Below the pieces are notes generated by a model. It saw nothing but the letters and a program-made list of their open reading frames with translations. It was not told the origin of the DNA and did no database searches. A program made the translations under genes and the position numbers. A stretch of 64,000 nucleotides of DNA, from contig NC_090378.1 in the NCBI RefSeq assembly GCF_036365525.1, forward strand, positions 122,373,593 through 122,437,592. The letters run 5' to 3'. How positions within the stretch are numbered: position 1 is the first letter of the stretch; every line of letters starts with the position of its first letter. The stretch comes from Heterodontus francisci (taxonomy: Eukaryota). Shown here one piece after another: positions 49,858-60,560 of this stretch.

Positions 49858-49892
49858 GTTAACGTTTGGTAAAGGAACCAAGCTCAGACTGA
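49858..49892 (+). CDS. Immunoglobulin light-chain J segment (germline, unrearranged), type I/NS5/sigma-cart class
   Basis: G TTA ACG TTT GGT AAA GGA ACC AAG CTC AGA CTG A encodes LTFGKGTKLRL with the FGxG motif. It has a 5' RSS and a phase-1 donor GTAAGT at 49893. Confidence 0.95.
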
Positions 49893-50470
49893 GTAAGTAA
49901 ACCTCAATCCTCCGTTACTAATCCTTTAAATACTGAAACATTCTAAAACACAAATGCTGAATAGTGGAAGGTGTTAGTAAGGAGCTGCAGTCAATGAAAT
50001 GGTTCATTGAAGAGCACTGTGTATAACAGGGTGCCCAGCTGTATTTCTTTAGTTACATTCCCCCTTTAACCAACAAGATATAAGTAACCAACTTTTACCG
50101 AGTGTGTAGAGGAGATCTGGACGTTTGCAGACTGTGGTCACATTCCTGCTCCATGGAGTGAAATCCCTCACTAGACTCCTGCCAGTCTCAGTGTGAGCTC
50201 TGGGTCTCTGTCACAGTCTCTGATATAACTGATCTCAGCACCAGCACAGTGAGACACCGAGGTCCCACCTCCCCCAGCTTTAACTCTGTTCTGTCCACTC
50301 CCTGCTTATCTCTTGTCAAAGTTCTGATGACAAACAGTGACAGCAGGGCTCCCAATCCAGTGGCTTCAGTGTTCCAGGGTTTTGGGGAGACTCTCAGTTG
50401 CTTTCTCTTTGGGTGAAGTTCAGGCCAAAATTTATCTCTGAACCGACATTGCTAAAAATGCTCATTTACC

Positions 50471-50632
50471 TCATTGCTGTTTGTGGGATCTTGCTGTGCA
50501 CAAATTGTCTGCCACATTTCCTACATTCCAACAGTGACTGCTCTTTAAACAAGTCCTTCATTGTCTGTAAATGACTTTGGGAGGTCCTGAGGTGTGAAAT
50601 ACTCGATATAAATACAAGTCTTTCTTTTCTTT
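50471..50632 (+). mobile_element. 3' fragment of a DeuSINE (SacSINE1-like)
   Basis: CATTGCTGTTTGTGGGATCTTGCTGTGCACAAATTG...GTCCTGAGGTGTGAAA...ATATAAATACAAGTCTTTC parallels the 3' end of the copy at 51300-51425. Confidence 0.72.
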
Positions 50633-51029
50633 TTATTAACCGGGAGCTCCCACAATACCCTGTTGATTAAAGCTGAACCCAGCAGAAAATCCACAGAAAA
50701 CTGACTAATGTTTGTCTGATTTGTCTGTGTGTTTATTAGACATGACTGAGCAGATAGCAAGAGTTTCAGCAGCAACAAAGGTGTTACTCTAGTGCCCCTC
50801 CCACTTTCCCCATCGACTTACAAAATACTTACGGGGAAAGGGCTCAGCACCTGCCATCGACTGGTTAAATGTCACCCCTCTAGACTACAGGTCTCCCACA
50901 ATCTGCTCTCCATCTCTCTCCTGAAGGCACTATCTCTGGCTGGGTCACAGCTCCACCCTCCCCAAGTGGCCTCATTCCTCAAAGTGTGAGCCAGGAGGTT
51001 GAGAATGGCAGGCTATTCGACTGTGAGGT

Positions 51030-51425
51030 GTTAGTGTTGTCTCAGTGGGTAACACTCTCACTTCTGAGTCAGAATGTTGTGGCTTCAGGTCCCACTCCAG
51101 AGACTGGAGCACATAATCCAGGCTGACACTGCAGTGCAGTATTGAGGGAGTGCTGCACTGTCAGAGGTGCTGTCTTTCAGTTGAGACAAACTGACGTCTG
51201 CCCTCTCAGGTGGATGTAAAGGATCCCACTGCACTATTAGAAGAGCAGGGGAATTCTCCTCGGTGTCCTGGACAATGTTTATCATTCAACCAACATCATT
51301 GAAAATCAGATTATCTGCTCAGTATCACTCAGCTGTCTGGGATCTTACTGTGAACAGTTGGCTGTAAAATACTTGAAGATATGCTGAGGTGGTGACAGGC
51401 GCTATAGAAATGCAAGTCTTTCTTT
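51030..51425 (+). mobile_element. DeuSINE-family SINE (SacSINE1-like), near full length with a 3' internal deletion
   Basis: tRNA-like head (CTCAGTGGGTAACACTCTC...TTCAGGTCCCACTCCAGAGAC), body GCCCTCTCAGGTGGATGTAAAGGATCCCA, and tail GGCGCTATAGAAATGCAAGTCTTTC. Confidence 0.78.
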
Positions 51426-51689
51426 GAGGTTGGAGGCTCCTGATCCTGACCCTCGCCCATTGTCCGCACACTCTCACCTTCCAGGGGTCATGGGATCATT
51501 CGGAGCAGTGACCCTGCCTGACCCCAGTGCACTGAGACTAATTATAGCCTCACCCTTGACCTCACCCCAGTGCTGGGCAGGAAGGTTTTAAATGACATCT
51601 AGAACCTTCTACACTGACACCCAACCCTTCTCCATCCCTCCATCCTTCCCCACGTCATCCAACCCTTCTCCATCCCTCCATCCTTCCCC

Positions 51690-51945
51690 CCGTCTGAGAC
51701 TAAACCAGACTGTTCACAGCCTTGGTGTCATATTTCTGACCTCATGTTCCGGCCATCACTAAGACCCCCTATTTCCACCGCAGTAACATCACACGACTGT
51801 GTCCCTGCTCAGCTCATCTGCTCATCATCTACCTCACTTTCCTCCTTTATCTCCATTTGTGGCTCAGTGTCATATTTCTGTTTTATAATGCTCCTGTGAA
51901 GCACATTGAGATGTTTTAAATGCTTAATGAGATTAAAGGCGCTAT
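51690..51945 (+). mobile_element. Degenerate L2-clade LINE 3' fragment
   Basis: CCATCACTAAGACCCCCTATTTCCACCGCAGTAACATC...CTCAGCTCATCTGCT and the tail AATGCTCCTGTGAAGC...TTAAAGGCGCTATA resemble shark L2 3' ends as I recall them. Confidence 0.6.
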
Positions 51946-52559
51946 ACACCACAGCTGCCACCATGTAATGAGAAGCTTTTTATGTTGTCTGATGCAACAT
52001 GAATGAGGTATGTGGAGATCTGGCTGTTGAAGATCTCAAATAGTGGTGCTCACCTCATTAGCATACGAAGATCTTAAAGGTACATTATTCTTAAAAGCAA
52101 TTACTGAACATATAAATACAAGTTACTGTTTTGGTTGTTGTTATTTCTGAATTGTGTTGAGACAAGTCTGTTCCAGTGTTCCGGAGAAAGTTCTCCCGAT
52201 GTGTATGTGTGATCTGAGATTTGTTAACACTGAGCCTGTTTCCTCCAGATAGACTGATCTATAGTTCGAGCTTCCTGTCAGGTTAACAGTGTCTTAAAGG
52301 GACACTGAGTCTTCAAACACTCTTACTATAACCATTTCAGTGCTGAATTGGTGGTAACCCTTCATTACAGATTTAAAAAACTGTCCAACACCATTTAACC
52401 ATCTGAACATCAAACGATTCAATGTATTTATATTTAGGCTAACCTTAGCAAGCTAGGCAAAACAGAAGGAAATCAAGAATTAATGGTTCTCACCTCTAAT
52501 GGTTAAACACAAACAGGAGTTCATCAACCCAGCTGTCTGTTATCCAATGTGAATTCCAA

Positions 52560-53882
52560 TGTAGAAACACCCACAGAGAGACACAGACGAATATACACAT
52601 AGACCACTCAAAGCGACTCAAAACATACAAATAAACACAGAATACACAAACACACAGCACAGAAATATAAACACACAGAACACACAAATATGAACACAGA
52701 ATTTACAAAAATATATAGAGAACACAGAAGCATAGACATAGAACACAAAAATGCACAGATAATGCAAATATACACTGAAACACATAAATACACAAAGAGC
52801 ACACAAATACACGAAGAACAAAATAATATATATTGTTCCGACCAAGGTGGAAGAAATAAATATTAATTCAGTCCCACTTCTTCACGGGTCACAGCTGTTT
52901 CTTAGGAATAGAAGGAATAATAAAATAAATCAGTTTGTCACGTTCTTGATATGAAGTTCTTCAGTTGAATGAGGTGTCCCAGAGTTGAATAGTCGGATGC
53001 CACTCAAAGTCTCTCCAGGAGAAGTTGATGAACAGTCTGTGATGGGTCGGCGTTCAGGGCAATTCGGCTACAGTAGGCGTCACACAGGACTTTTGGCAGG
53101 GGTGTAGCAACAGGTCTGCTGAGGGCTCACAGCAGCAGTATTGCAGTAGAAGCTTTCTTCAGGTTCCAGGATTTCCCAAAACACAGCAGGCAACAGGAAC
53201 CATGCTGGATGCAGGAATTCTTCAGAGACAGGAGGCAATCGGAATCTGCCACCTTTCAAATGCAGGGTTTCTTTTCAAGAGATGCAAGTTTCCTTTACAG
53301 AGAGAGGTCTTTTTTGGTCTTCAACTTTGATCTCAAGGCAGATCAGCAACCAAATTTCAAATGCCTGCTTTTTGTCTAACTCATTGGATTTTAAAAGGGT
53401 CTGAAGTGACAGTAAACCTTCCTGAGCCAATCACATGACCAGACATAGAGTATCCACTGTCATTCAAAGTGATGCTCTGAGGAGGTCAAAAACCCCTTGG
53501 CAGGCTTCCTTGAAACGGTTTGCTTTTCCTATTCTTGTATACAAAGTCAACATCCAAAAATTTCAGCTAGTTGCAGGTGTCCATGTCCACTGGAAATCCT
53601 GTTTTCAATTTTTAAAAACACATAGAATTCTAAGATTTTAGTACAAAAATAAATCTCTTGTAACAATATACAGAACACACACATATACACAGAACAAATA
53701 AATATATACTCAGAATACATAAATATTTATAGAACACACAAATATATATAGAACACATAAATACACACACAGAACACACAAATATACACACAGGAAACAC
53801 AGATATACACAGAATATGCAAAAATGCACAAAGAACACATATACCCACAACACACAAATATATACACCGAGCACACAAACAT
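52560..53882. repeat. CA/A-rich low-complexity tract (52560-52833 and 53666-53882), split by a solo LTR
   Basis: Both halves consist of ACACAAATA/ACACAGAA-type degenerate units. Confidence 0.8.
52834..53665 (-). mobile_element. Putative solo LTR (Gypsy-like), 832 bp
   Basis: Termini TGTT...AACA (TG..CA), a 4-bp target-site duplication ATAT (52830-52833 and 53666-53669), and a clean interruption of the low-complexity tract. Strand is tentative. Confidence 0.7.
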
Positions 53883-53915
53883 GCAGTGATTAACAGTTTT
53901 TCTCTTCTCTTTCAG

Positions 53916-54244
53916 GCCGAGAGAAGTCTCAACCCACACTGACCCTGCTGCCCCCCTCGGAGGAGGAGGTCAAGGCCAAGGGCACTGCCACCCTGGTGTG
54001 CCTTGCCGATCACTTCTATCCCGATGAAGTGGGGGTAGAGTGGAAGAAGGACGGTGCAGTCATTTCGGCCGGGGTTCAGACCAGCAACTACCTGCGAGCT
54101 TCGGATAGCACCTACAGTGTCAGCAGCCTGCTGACCCTCTCTGGCTCTGACTGGGAGTCCAACGCCCGCTTCTCCTGTGCCCTGATCCATGAGACCCTCT
54201 CCTCTCCCCTCAGTAAGAGTGTGAGCAGATCAGAATGTGTGTAG
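53916..54244 (+). CDS. Immunoglobulin light-chain constant exon, cartilaginous-fish type I (NS5 / sigma-cart)
   Basis: After the TTTCAG acceptor: (S)REKSQPTLTLLPPSEEEVKAKGTATLVCLADHFYPDEVGVEWKKDGAVISAGVQTSNYLRASDSTYSVSSLLTLSGSDWESNARFSCALIHETLSSPLSKSVSRSECV*. This is a C1-set domain with both cysteines, the FYP and Trp motifs, and the penultimate inter-chain Cys. No disablements. Confidence 0.97.
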
Positions 54245-54400
54245 AGTGTTAGAGACAGTCCGCAGAGGAGACACAACTTTAAATATAACAGGGGTGAGCT
54301 GGGAGGATAAAGGTCATTTTCAACACGGAATTTCAACTCTCTTCCTTCTCGTGACTGGGTCTGAGACACTTCTGAGGATCAGGGGTTAAGGCTCGAAATT

Positions 54401-54548
54401 GGGACAGTGTAGAGGGAGCTTTACTCTGTATCTAACCCGTACTGTACCTGCCCTGGGAGTATTTGATTGGACAATGTAGACGGAGCTTTACTCTGTATCT
54501 AACCCGTACTGTACCTGCCCTGGGAGTGTTTGATTGGACAATGTAGAC
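54401..54548. repeat. About 2.2 copies of a 67-bp shark tandem/dispersed repeat in the presumptive 3' UTR
   Basis: GGACA(G/A)TGTAGA.GGAGCTTTACTCTGTATCTAACCCGTACTGTACCTGCCCTGGGAGT.TTTGAT; units start at 54402, 54469 and 54536. Confidence 0.9.
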
Positions 54549-54740
54549 TCGTGATGCCAAGTAAAACCTCTCTAAGATGCTGAAGACTGTCAGCTGAGCT
54601 AAAATAATGTGAACCTCAGAATTCGCCGCTCAGTAAACCAGACCTCCTTCCTGCTCACTCTGCAGTTACAATTTAAAGTTTAGTCTCTGTTTAAAGCGAC
54701 AGGATTCTCATGTTATTGAGAAAATCTCCACAACTGTTTT

Positions 54741-54841
54741 AATAAACCTCCATTCTCCCTGTGAATTTCTCCAGCTACCTCTCGCTGGGCTGTTTATTCA
54801 AGTCTTTTTTCTGTAAATGTAAATCAGTAAAAGGTAATAAA
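54741..54841 (+). terminator. Candidate polyadenylation signals for the light-chain transcript
   Basis: AATAAA at 54741-54746 and 54836-54841, about 500-600 bp after the stop codon. Confidence 0.55.
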
Positions 54842-54878
54842 CATTAAGAATATTCAGTAAATGTCTTGGGAGTGCTTT

Positions 54879-54996
54879 GGAAATGTCCCACCTTCCTGTC
54901 AGCTGATTGGCTGCATTTCAGCAAGTGAATCTGATGATTGGCTGGTTGACCTGTCAATCAATAACATGTCAGAAGCAGAATTGATTCATAGCCAAT
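54879..54996. promoter_or_regulatory. Candidate 3' enhancer / promoter motif cluster
   Basis: kB-like GGAAATGTCCC, ETS core CTTCCTGT, E-boxes CAGCTG and CAAGTG, two TGATTGGCTG plus AGCCAAT (NF-Y type), and CTGTCAATCA (PBX-PREP/MEIS decamer), all within 120 bp. Confidence 0.4.
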
Positions 54997-55126
54997 TGTA
55001 AATCATATTAAAATGATCAGTTTTATCTCAAATCCCTTGAGATTACAAGATTAAAAACAGAAACTGAAAGCAGCTGGAATTAAATCATCACAATCCCAGC
55101 ATTCACACTTCACTCTTCACACTGGA

Positions 55127-55164
55127 GGTGTTGGTGTAGCCCCAGCTGGTGGGATCGCACTGTG
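55127..55164 (-). promoter_or_regulatory. Orphan RSS-like element (22-bp spacer) downstream of C
   Basis: GGTGTTGGT (7/9) + 22 nt + perfect CACTGTG, in the same orientation as the J RSS. No J coding sequence follows. Confidence 0.4.
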
Positions 55165-55349
55165 CACTCTGTGCTGACTGCTGAGTAATACCTGAAATGA
55201 GCCTGGGACAATCTCAGGGCTGGAGGCCACACTCACAATGTTCATTTCTCCCACCTTAACCAATGCCTCATGGTAACAGTACAAAACTGAACCAAGTGAG
55301 GTCTCAGTTTAGAGAGAGGAGCAGTCAGGGTATCATTGTGTACATGACC

Positions 55350-58300
55350 CTGAGTGTGGGTGTGACTGTTACCCAGTACTGTCTGTAGGTGAGTGTCTCT
55401 GAGTGTGGGGGTGTTACCCAGTACTGTCTGTAGGTGTGTGTCTCTGAGTGTGGGTGTGTTACCCAGTACTGTCTGTAGGTGTGTGTCGCTGAGTGTGGGT
55501 GTGTTACCCAGTACTGTCTGTAGGTGTGTGTCTCTGAGTGTGGGTGTGTTACCCAGTACTGTCTGTAGGTGTGTGTCTCTGAGTGTGGGTGTGTTACCCA
55601 GTACTGTCTGTAGGTGAGTGTCTCTGAGTGTGGGTGTGTCACCCAGTACTGTCTGTAGGTGTGTGTCTCTGAGTGTGGGTGTGTCACCCAGTACTGTCTG
55701 TAGGTGTGTGTCTCTGAGTGTGGGTGTGTCACCCAGTGCTGTCTGTAGGTGTGTGTCTCTGAGTATGGGTGTGTCACCCAGTACTGTCTGTAGGTGTGTG
55801 TCTCTGAGTGTGGGTGTGTCACCCAGTACTGTCTGTAGGTGTGTGTCTCTGAGTGTGGGTGTGTTACCCAGTACTGTCTGTCAGTGAGTGTCTCTGAATG
55901 TGGGTGTGTTACCCAGTACTGTCTGTAGGTGCGTGTCTCTGAGTGTGGATGTGTTACCCAGTACTGTCTGTCAGTGAGTGTCTCTGAATGTGGGTGTGTT
56001 ACCCAGTACTGTCTGTAGGTGCGTGTCTCTGAGTGTGGATGTGTTACCCAGTACTGTCTGTCAGTGTGTGTCTCTGAGTGTGGGTGTGTTACCCAGGACT
56101 GTCTGCAGGTGTGTGTCTCTGAGAGTGGGTGCGTTCCCCAGTACTGTCTGTAGGTGTGTGTCTCTCAGTGTGGGTGTATTACCCAGTACTGTCTGTAGGT
56201 GTGTGTCTCTGAGTGTGGGTGTGTTACCCAGTACTGTCTGTAGGTGCGTGTCTCTGAGTGTGGATGTGTTACCCAGTACTGTCTGTCAGTGTGTGTCTCT
56301 GAGTGTGGGTGTGTTACCCAGTACTGTCTGTCAGTGAGTGTCTCTGAATGTGGGTGTGTTACCCAGTACTGTCTGTCAGTGTGTGTCTCTGAGTGTGGGT
56401 GTGTTACCCAGTACTGTCTGTAGGTGAGTGTCTCTGAATGTGGGTGTATTACCCAGGACTGTCTGTAGGTGTGTGTCTCTGAGAGTGGGTGTGTCACCCA
56501 GTACTGTCTGTAGGTGTGTGTCTCTGAGTGTGGGTGTGTCACCCAGTACTGTCTGTAGGTGCGTGTCTCTGAGTGTGGGTGTGTTACCCAGTACTGTCTG
56601 TAGGTGTGTGTCTCTGAGTGTGGGTGTGTTACCCAGTACTGTCTGTAGGTGCGTGTCTCTGAGTGTGGATGTGTTACCCAGTACTGTCTGTCAGTGAGTG
56701 TCTCTGAATGTGGGTGTGTTACCCAGTACTGTCTGTAGGTGCATGTCTCTGAGTGTGGATGTGTTACTCAGTACTGTCTGTCAGTGAGTGTCTCTGAATG
56801 TGGGTGTGTTACCCAGTACTGTCTGTAGGTGCGTGTCTCTGAGTGTGGATGTGTTACCCAGTACTGTCTGTCAGTGTGTGTCTCTGAGTGTGGGTGTGTT
56901 ACCCAGGACTGTCTGCAGGTGTGTGTCTCTGAGAGTGGGTGCGTTCCCCAGTACTGTCTGTAGGTGTGTGTCTCTGAGTGTGAGTGTATTACCCAGTACT
57001 GTCTGTAGGTGTGTGTCTCTGAGTGTGGGTGTGTTACCCAGTACTGTCTGTAGGTGCGTGTCTCTGAGTGTGGATGTGTTACCCAGTACTGTCTGTCAGT
57101 GAGTGTCTCTGAGTGTGGATGTGTTACCCAGTACTGTCTGTAGGTGTGTGTCTCTGAGTGTGGGTGTGTTACCCAGTACTGTCTGTCAGTGAGTGTCTCT
57201 GAATGTGGGTGTGTTTCCCAGTACTGTCTGTCAGTGTGTGTCTCTGAGTGTGGGTGTGTTACCCAGTACTGTCTGTAGGTGAGTGTCTCTGAATGTGGGT
57301 GTATTACCCAGGACTGTCTGTAGGTGTGTGTCTCTGAGAGTGGGTGCGTTCCCCAGTACTGTCTGTAGGTGTGTGTCTCTGAGTGTGGGTGCATTACCCA
57401 GTACTGTCTGTAGGTGTGTGTCTCTGAGTGTGGGTGTATTACCCAGTACTGTCTGTAGGTGTGTGTCTCTGAGTGTGGGTCTGTTACCCAGTACTGTCTG
57501 TAGGTGTGTGTCTCTGAGTGTGGGTGTGTTACCCAGTACTGTCTGTAGGTGTGTGTCTCTGAGTGTGGGTGTGTTACCCAGTACTGTCTGCAGGTGTGTG
57601 TCTCTGAGTGTGGGTGTGTTACCCAGTACTGTCTGTAGGTGTGTGTCTCTGAGTGTGGGTGTGTTACCCAGTACTGTCTGTAGGTGTGTGTCTCTGAGAG
57701 TGGGTGCGTTCCCCAGTGCTGTCTGTAGGTGTGTGTCTCTGAGTGTGGGTGTGTTACCCAGTACTGTCTGTAGGTGTGTGTCTCTGAATGTGGGTGTATT
57801 ACCCAGTACTGTCTGTAGGTGAGTGTCTCTGAGTGTGGGTGTGTTACCCAGGACTGTCTGCAGGTGTGTGTCTCTGAGAGTGGGTGCGTTCCCCAGTACT
57901 GTCTGTAGGTGTGTGTCTCTGAGTGTGAGTGTATTACCCAGTACTGTCTGTAGGTGTGTGTCTCTGAGTGTGGGTGTGTTACCCAGTACTGTCTGTAGGT
58001 GCGTGTCTCTGAGTGTGGATGTGTTACCCAGTACTGTCTGTCAGTGAGTGTCTCTGAGTGTGGATGTGTTACCCAGTACTGTCTGTAGGTGTGTGTCTCT
58101 GAGTGTGGGTGTGTTACCCAGTACTGTCTGTCAGTGAGTGTCTCTGAATGTGGGTGTGTTACCCAGTACTGTCTGTCAGTGTGTGTCTCTGAGTGTGGGT
58201 GTGTTACCCAGTACTGTCTGTAGGTGAGTGTCTCTGAATGTGGGTGTATTACCCAGGACTGTCTGTAGGTGTGTGTCTCTGAGAGTGGGTGCGTTCCCCA

Positions 58301-60560
58301 GTACTGTCTGTAGGTGTGTGTCTCTGAGTGTGGGTGCATTACCCAGTACTGTCTGTAGGTGTGTGTCTCTGAGTGTGGGTCTGTTACCCAGTACTGTCTG
58401 TAGGTGTGTGTCTCTGAGTGTGGGTGTGTTACCCAGTACTGTCTGTAGGTGTGTGTCTCTGAGTGTGGGTGTGTTACCCAGTACTGTCTGCAGGTGTGTG
58501 TCTCTGAGTGTGGGTGTGTTACCCAGTACTGTCTGTAGGTGTGTGTCTCTGAGTGTGGGTGTGTTACCCAGTACTGTCTGTAGGTGTGTGTCTCTGAGAG
58601 TGGGTGCGTTCCCCAGTGCTGTCTGTAGGTGTGTGTCTCTGAGTGTGGGTGTGTTACCCAGTACTGTCTGTAGGTGTGTGTCTCTGAATGTGGGTGTATT
58701 ACCCAGTACTGTCTGTAGGTGAGTGTCTCTGAGTGTGGGTGTGTTACCCAGGACTGTCTGCAGGTGTGTGTCTCTGAGAGTGGGTGCGTTCCCCAGTACT
58801 GTCTGTAGGTGTGTGACTCTGAGTGTGGATGTGTTACCCAGTACTGTCTGTAGGTGAGTGTCTCTGAGAGTGGGTGCGTTCCCCAGTACTGTCTGTAGGT
58901 GCGTGTCTCTGAGTGTGGGTGTGTCACCCAGTACTGTCTGTCGGTGTGTGTCTCTGAGTGTGGTTGTATTACCCAGTACTGTCTGTAGGTGAGTGTCTCT
59001 GAATGTGGGTGCGTTACCCAGTACTGTCTGTAGGTGTGTGTCTCTGAGTGTGGGTGTATTACCCAGTACTGTCTGTAGGTGTGTGTCTCTGAGTGTGGGT
59101 GTGTTACCCAGTACTGTCTGTAGGTGTGTGTCTCTGAGAGTGGGTGCGTTCCCCAGTACTGTCTGTAGGTGTGTGTCTCTGAGTGTGGGTGTGTTACCCA
59201 GTACTGTCTGTCGGTGTGTGTCTCTGAGTGTGGGTGTATTACCCAGTACTGTCTGTAGGTGAGTGTCTCTGAATGTGGGTGCGTTACCCAGTACTGTCTG
59301 TAGGTGTGTGTCTCTGAGTGTGGGTGTGTTACCCAGTACTGTCTGTCGGTGTGTGTCTCTGAGTGTGGGTGTGTTACCCAGTACTGTCTGTAGGTGTGTG
59401 TCTCTGAGTGTGGGTGTGTTACCCAGTACTGTCTGTCGGTGTGTGTCTCTGAGTGTGGGTGTATTACCCGGTACTGTCTGTAGGTGAGTGTCTCTGAATG
59501 TGGGTGCGTTACCCAGTACTGTCTGTAGGTGTGTGTCTCTGAGTGTGGGTGTGTTACCCAGTACTGTCTGTAGGTGTGTGTCTCTGAGTGTGGGTGTGTT
59601 ACCCAGTACTGTCTGTAGGTGTGTGTCTCTGAGAGTGGGTGCGTTCCCCAGTACTGTCTGTAGGTGTGTGTCTCTGAGTGTGGGTGTGTTACCCAGTACT
59701 GTCTGTAGGTGTGTGTCTCTGAGAGTGGGTGCGTTCCCCAGTATTGTCTGTAGGCGTGTGTCTCTGAGTGTGGGTGTGTCACCCAGTACTGTCTGTAGGT
59801 GTGTGTCTGAATGTGGGTGCATTACCCAGTACTGTCTGTAGGTGTGTGTCTCTGAGTGTGGGTGCGTTCCCCAGTACTGTCTGTAGGTGAGTGTCTCTGA
59901 ATGTGGGTGCGTTACCCAGTACTGTCTGTAGGTGTGTGTCTCTGAGTGTGGGTGTATTACCCAGTACTGTCTGTAGGTGTGTGTCTCTGAGTGTGGGTGT
60001 GTTACCCAGTACTGTCTGTAGGTGTGTGTCTGAGTGTGGATGTGTTACCCAGTACTGTCTGTAGGTGTGTGTCTCTGAGAGTGGGTGCGTTCCCCAGTAT
60101 TGTCTGTAGGTGTGTGTCTCTGAGTGTGGGTGTGTCACCCAGTACTGTCTGTAGGTGTGTGTCTCTGAGTGTGGGTGTGTTACCCAGTACTGTCTGTAGG
60201 TGTGTGTCTCTGAGTATGGGTGTGTTACCCAGTACTGTCTGTAGGTGTGTGTCTCTGAGTGTGGGTGTGTTACCCAGTACTGTCTGTAGGTGTGTGTCTC
60301 TGAGTGTGGGTGTGTTACCCAGTACTGTCTGTAGGTGTGTGTCTGAGTGTGGATGTGTTACCCAGTACTGTCTGTAGGTGTGTGTCTCTGAGAGTGGGTG
60401 CGTTCCCCAGTATTGTCTGTAGGTGTGTGTCTCTGAGTGTGGGTGTGTCACCCAGTACTGTCTGTAGGTGTGTGTCTCTGAGTGTGGATGTGTCACCCAG
60501 TACTGTCTGGAGGTGTGTGTCTCTGAATGTGGGTGCGTTACCCAGTACTGTCTGGGTGTG
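55350..60560. repeat. 45-bp tandem minisatellite, ~115 units
   Basis: Consensus GTGTGTGTCTCTGAGTGTGGGTGTGTTACCCAGTACTGTCTGTAG, with a few 43-bp variants near 59.8-60.35 kb. Confidence 0.99.

Larger units (their letters stand above)
49893..53915 (+). other. J-C intron (4023 bp)
   Basis: GTAAGT ... TTTTTCTCTTCTCTTTCAG. The phase-1 join gives an in-frame ...KLRL-S-REKSQPTLTL. Confidence 0.92.

Noticed and set aside
48717-49881. Long ORFs of 283-339 aa across the gap
   Set aside because: These are dinucleotide-repeat translations that read through Ns.
50015-50251. CACTGTG ... CACAGTG pair resembling a D segment
   Set aside because: The interval is 223 bp, neither heptamer has a credible nonamer at 12 or 23 nt, and light chains lack D segments.
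51248-51259. NF-kB-like GGGGAATTCTCC in the intron
   Set aside because: It is part of the DeuSINE body, so there is no locus-specific evidence.
50900-51550. Possible older minus-strand repeat interrupted by the SINE at 51030
   Set aside because: It looks repeat-like, but I cannot identify the family or its boundaries reliably without a library search.
52762-52769. Octamer ATGCAAAT in the J-C intron
   Set aside because: It is embedded in an A/C-rich low-complexity tract where it arises easily by chance, with no V promoter context.
56768-59822. 1004-aa His-rich ORF (THPHSETHTYRQYWV)n and overlapping ORFs
   Set aside because: The 45-bp unit is divisible by 3 and open in several frames on both strands. 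Variants show no codon-position bias, and there are no real starts or unique flanking coding sequence.
55380-60430. AG|GT (CTGTAG|GTGAGT/GTGTGT) in each 45-mer as recursive splice sites
   Set aside because: It lies downstream of the likely poly(A) sites, has weak pyrimidine tracts, and there is no evidence of a host intron.
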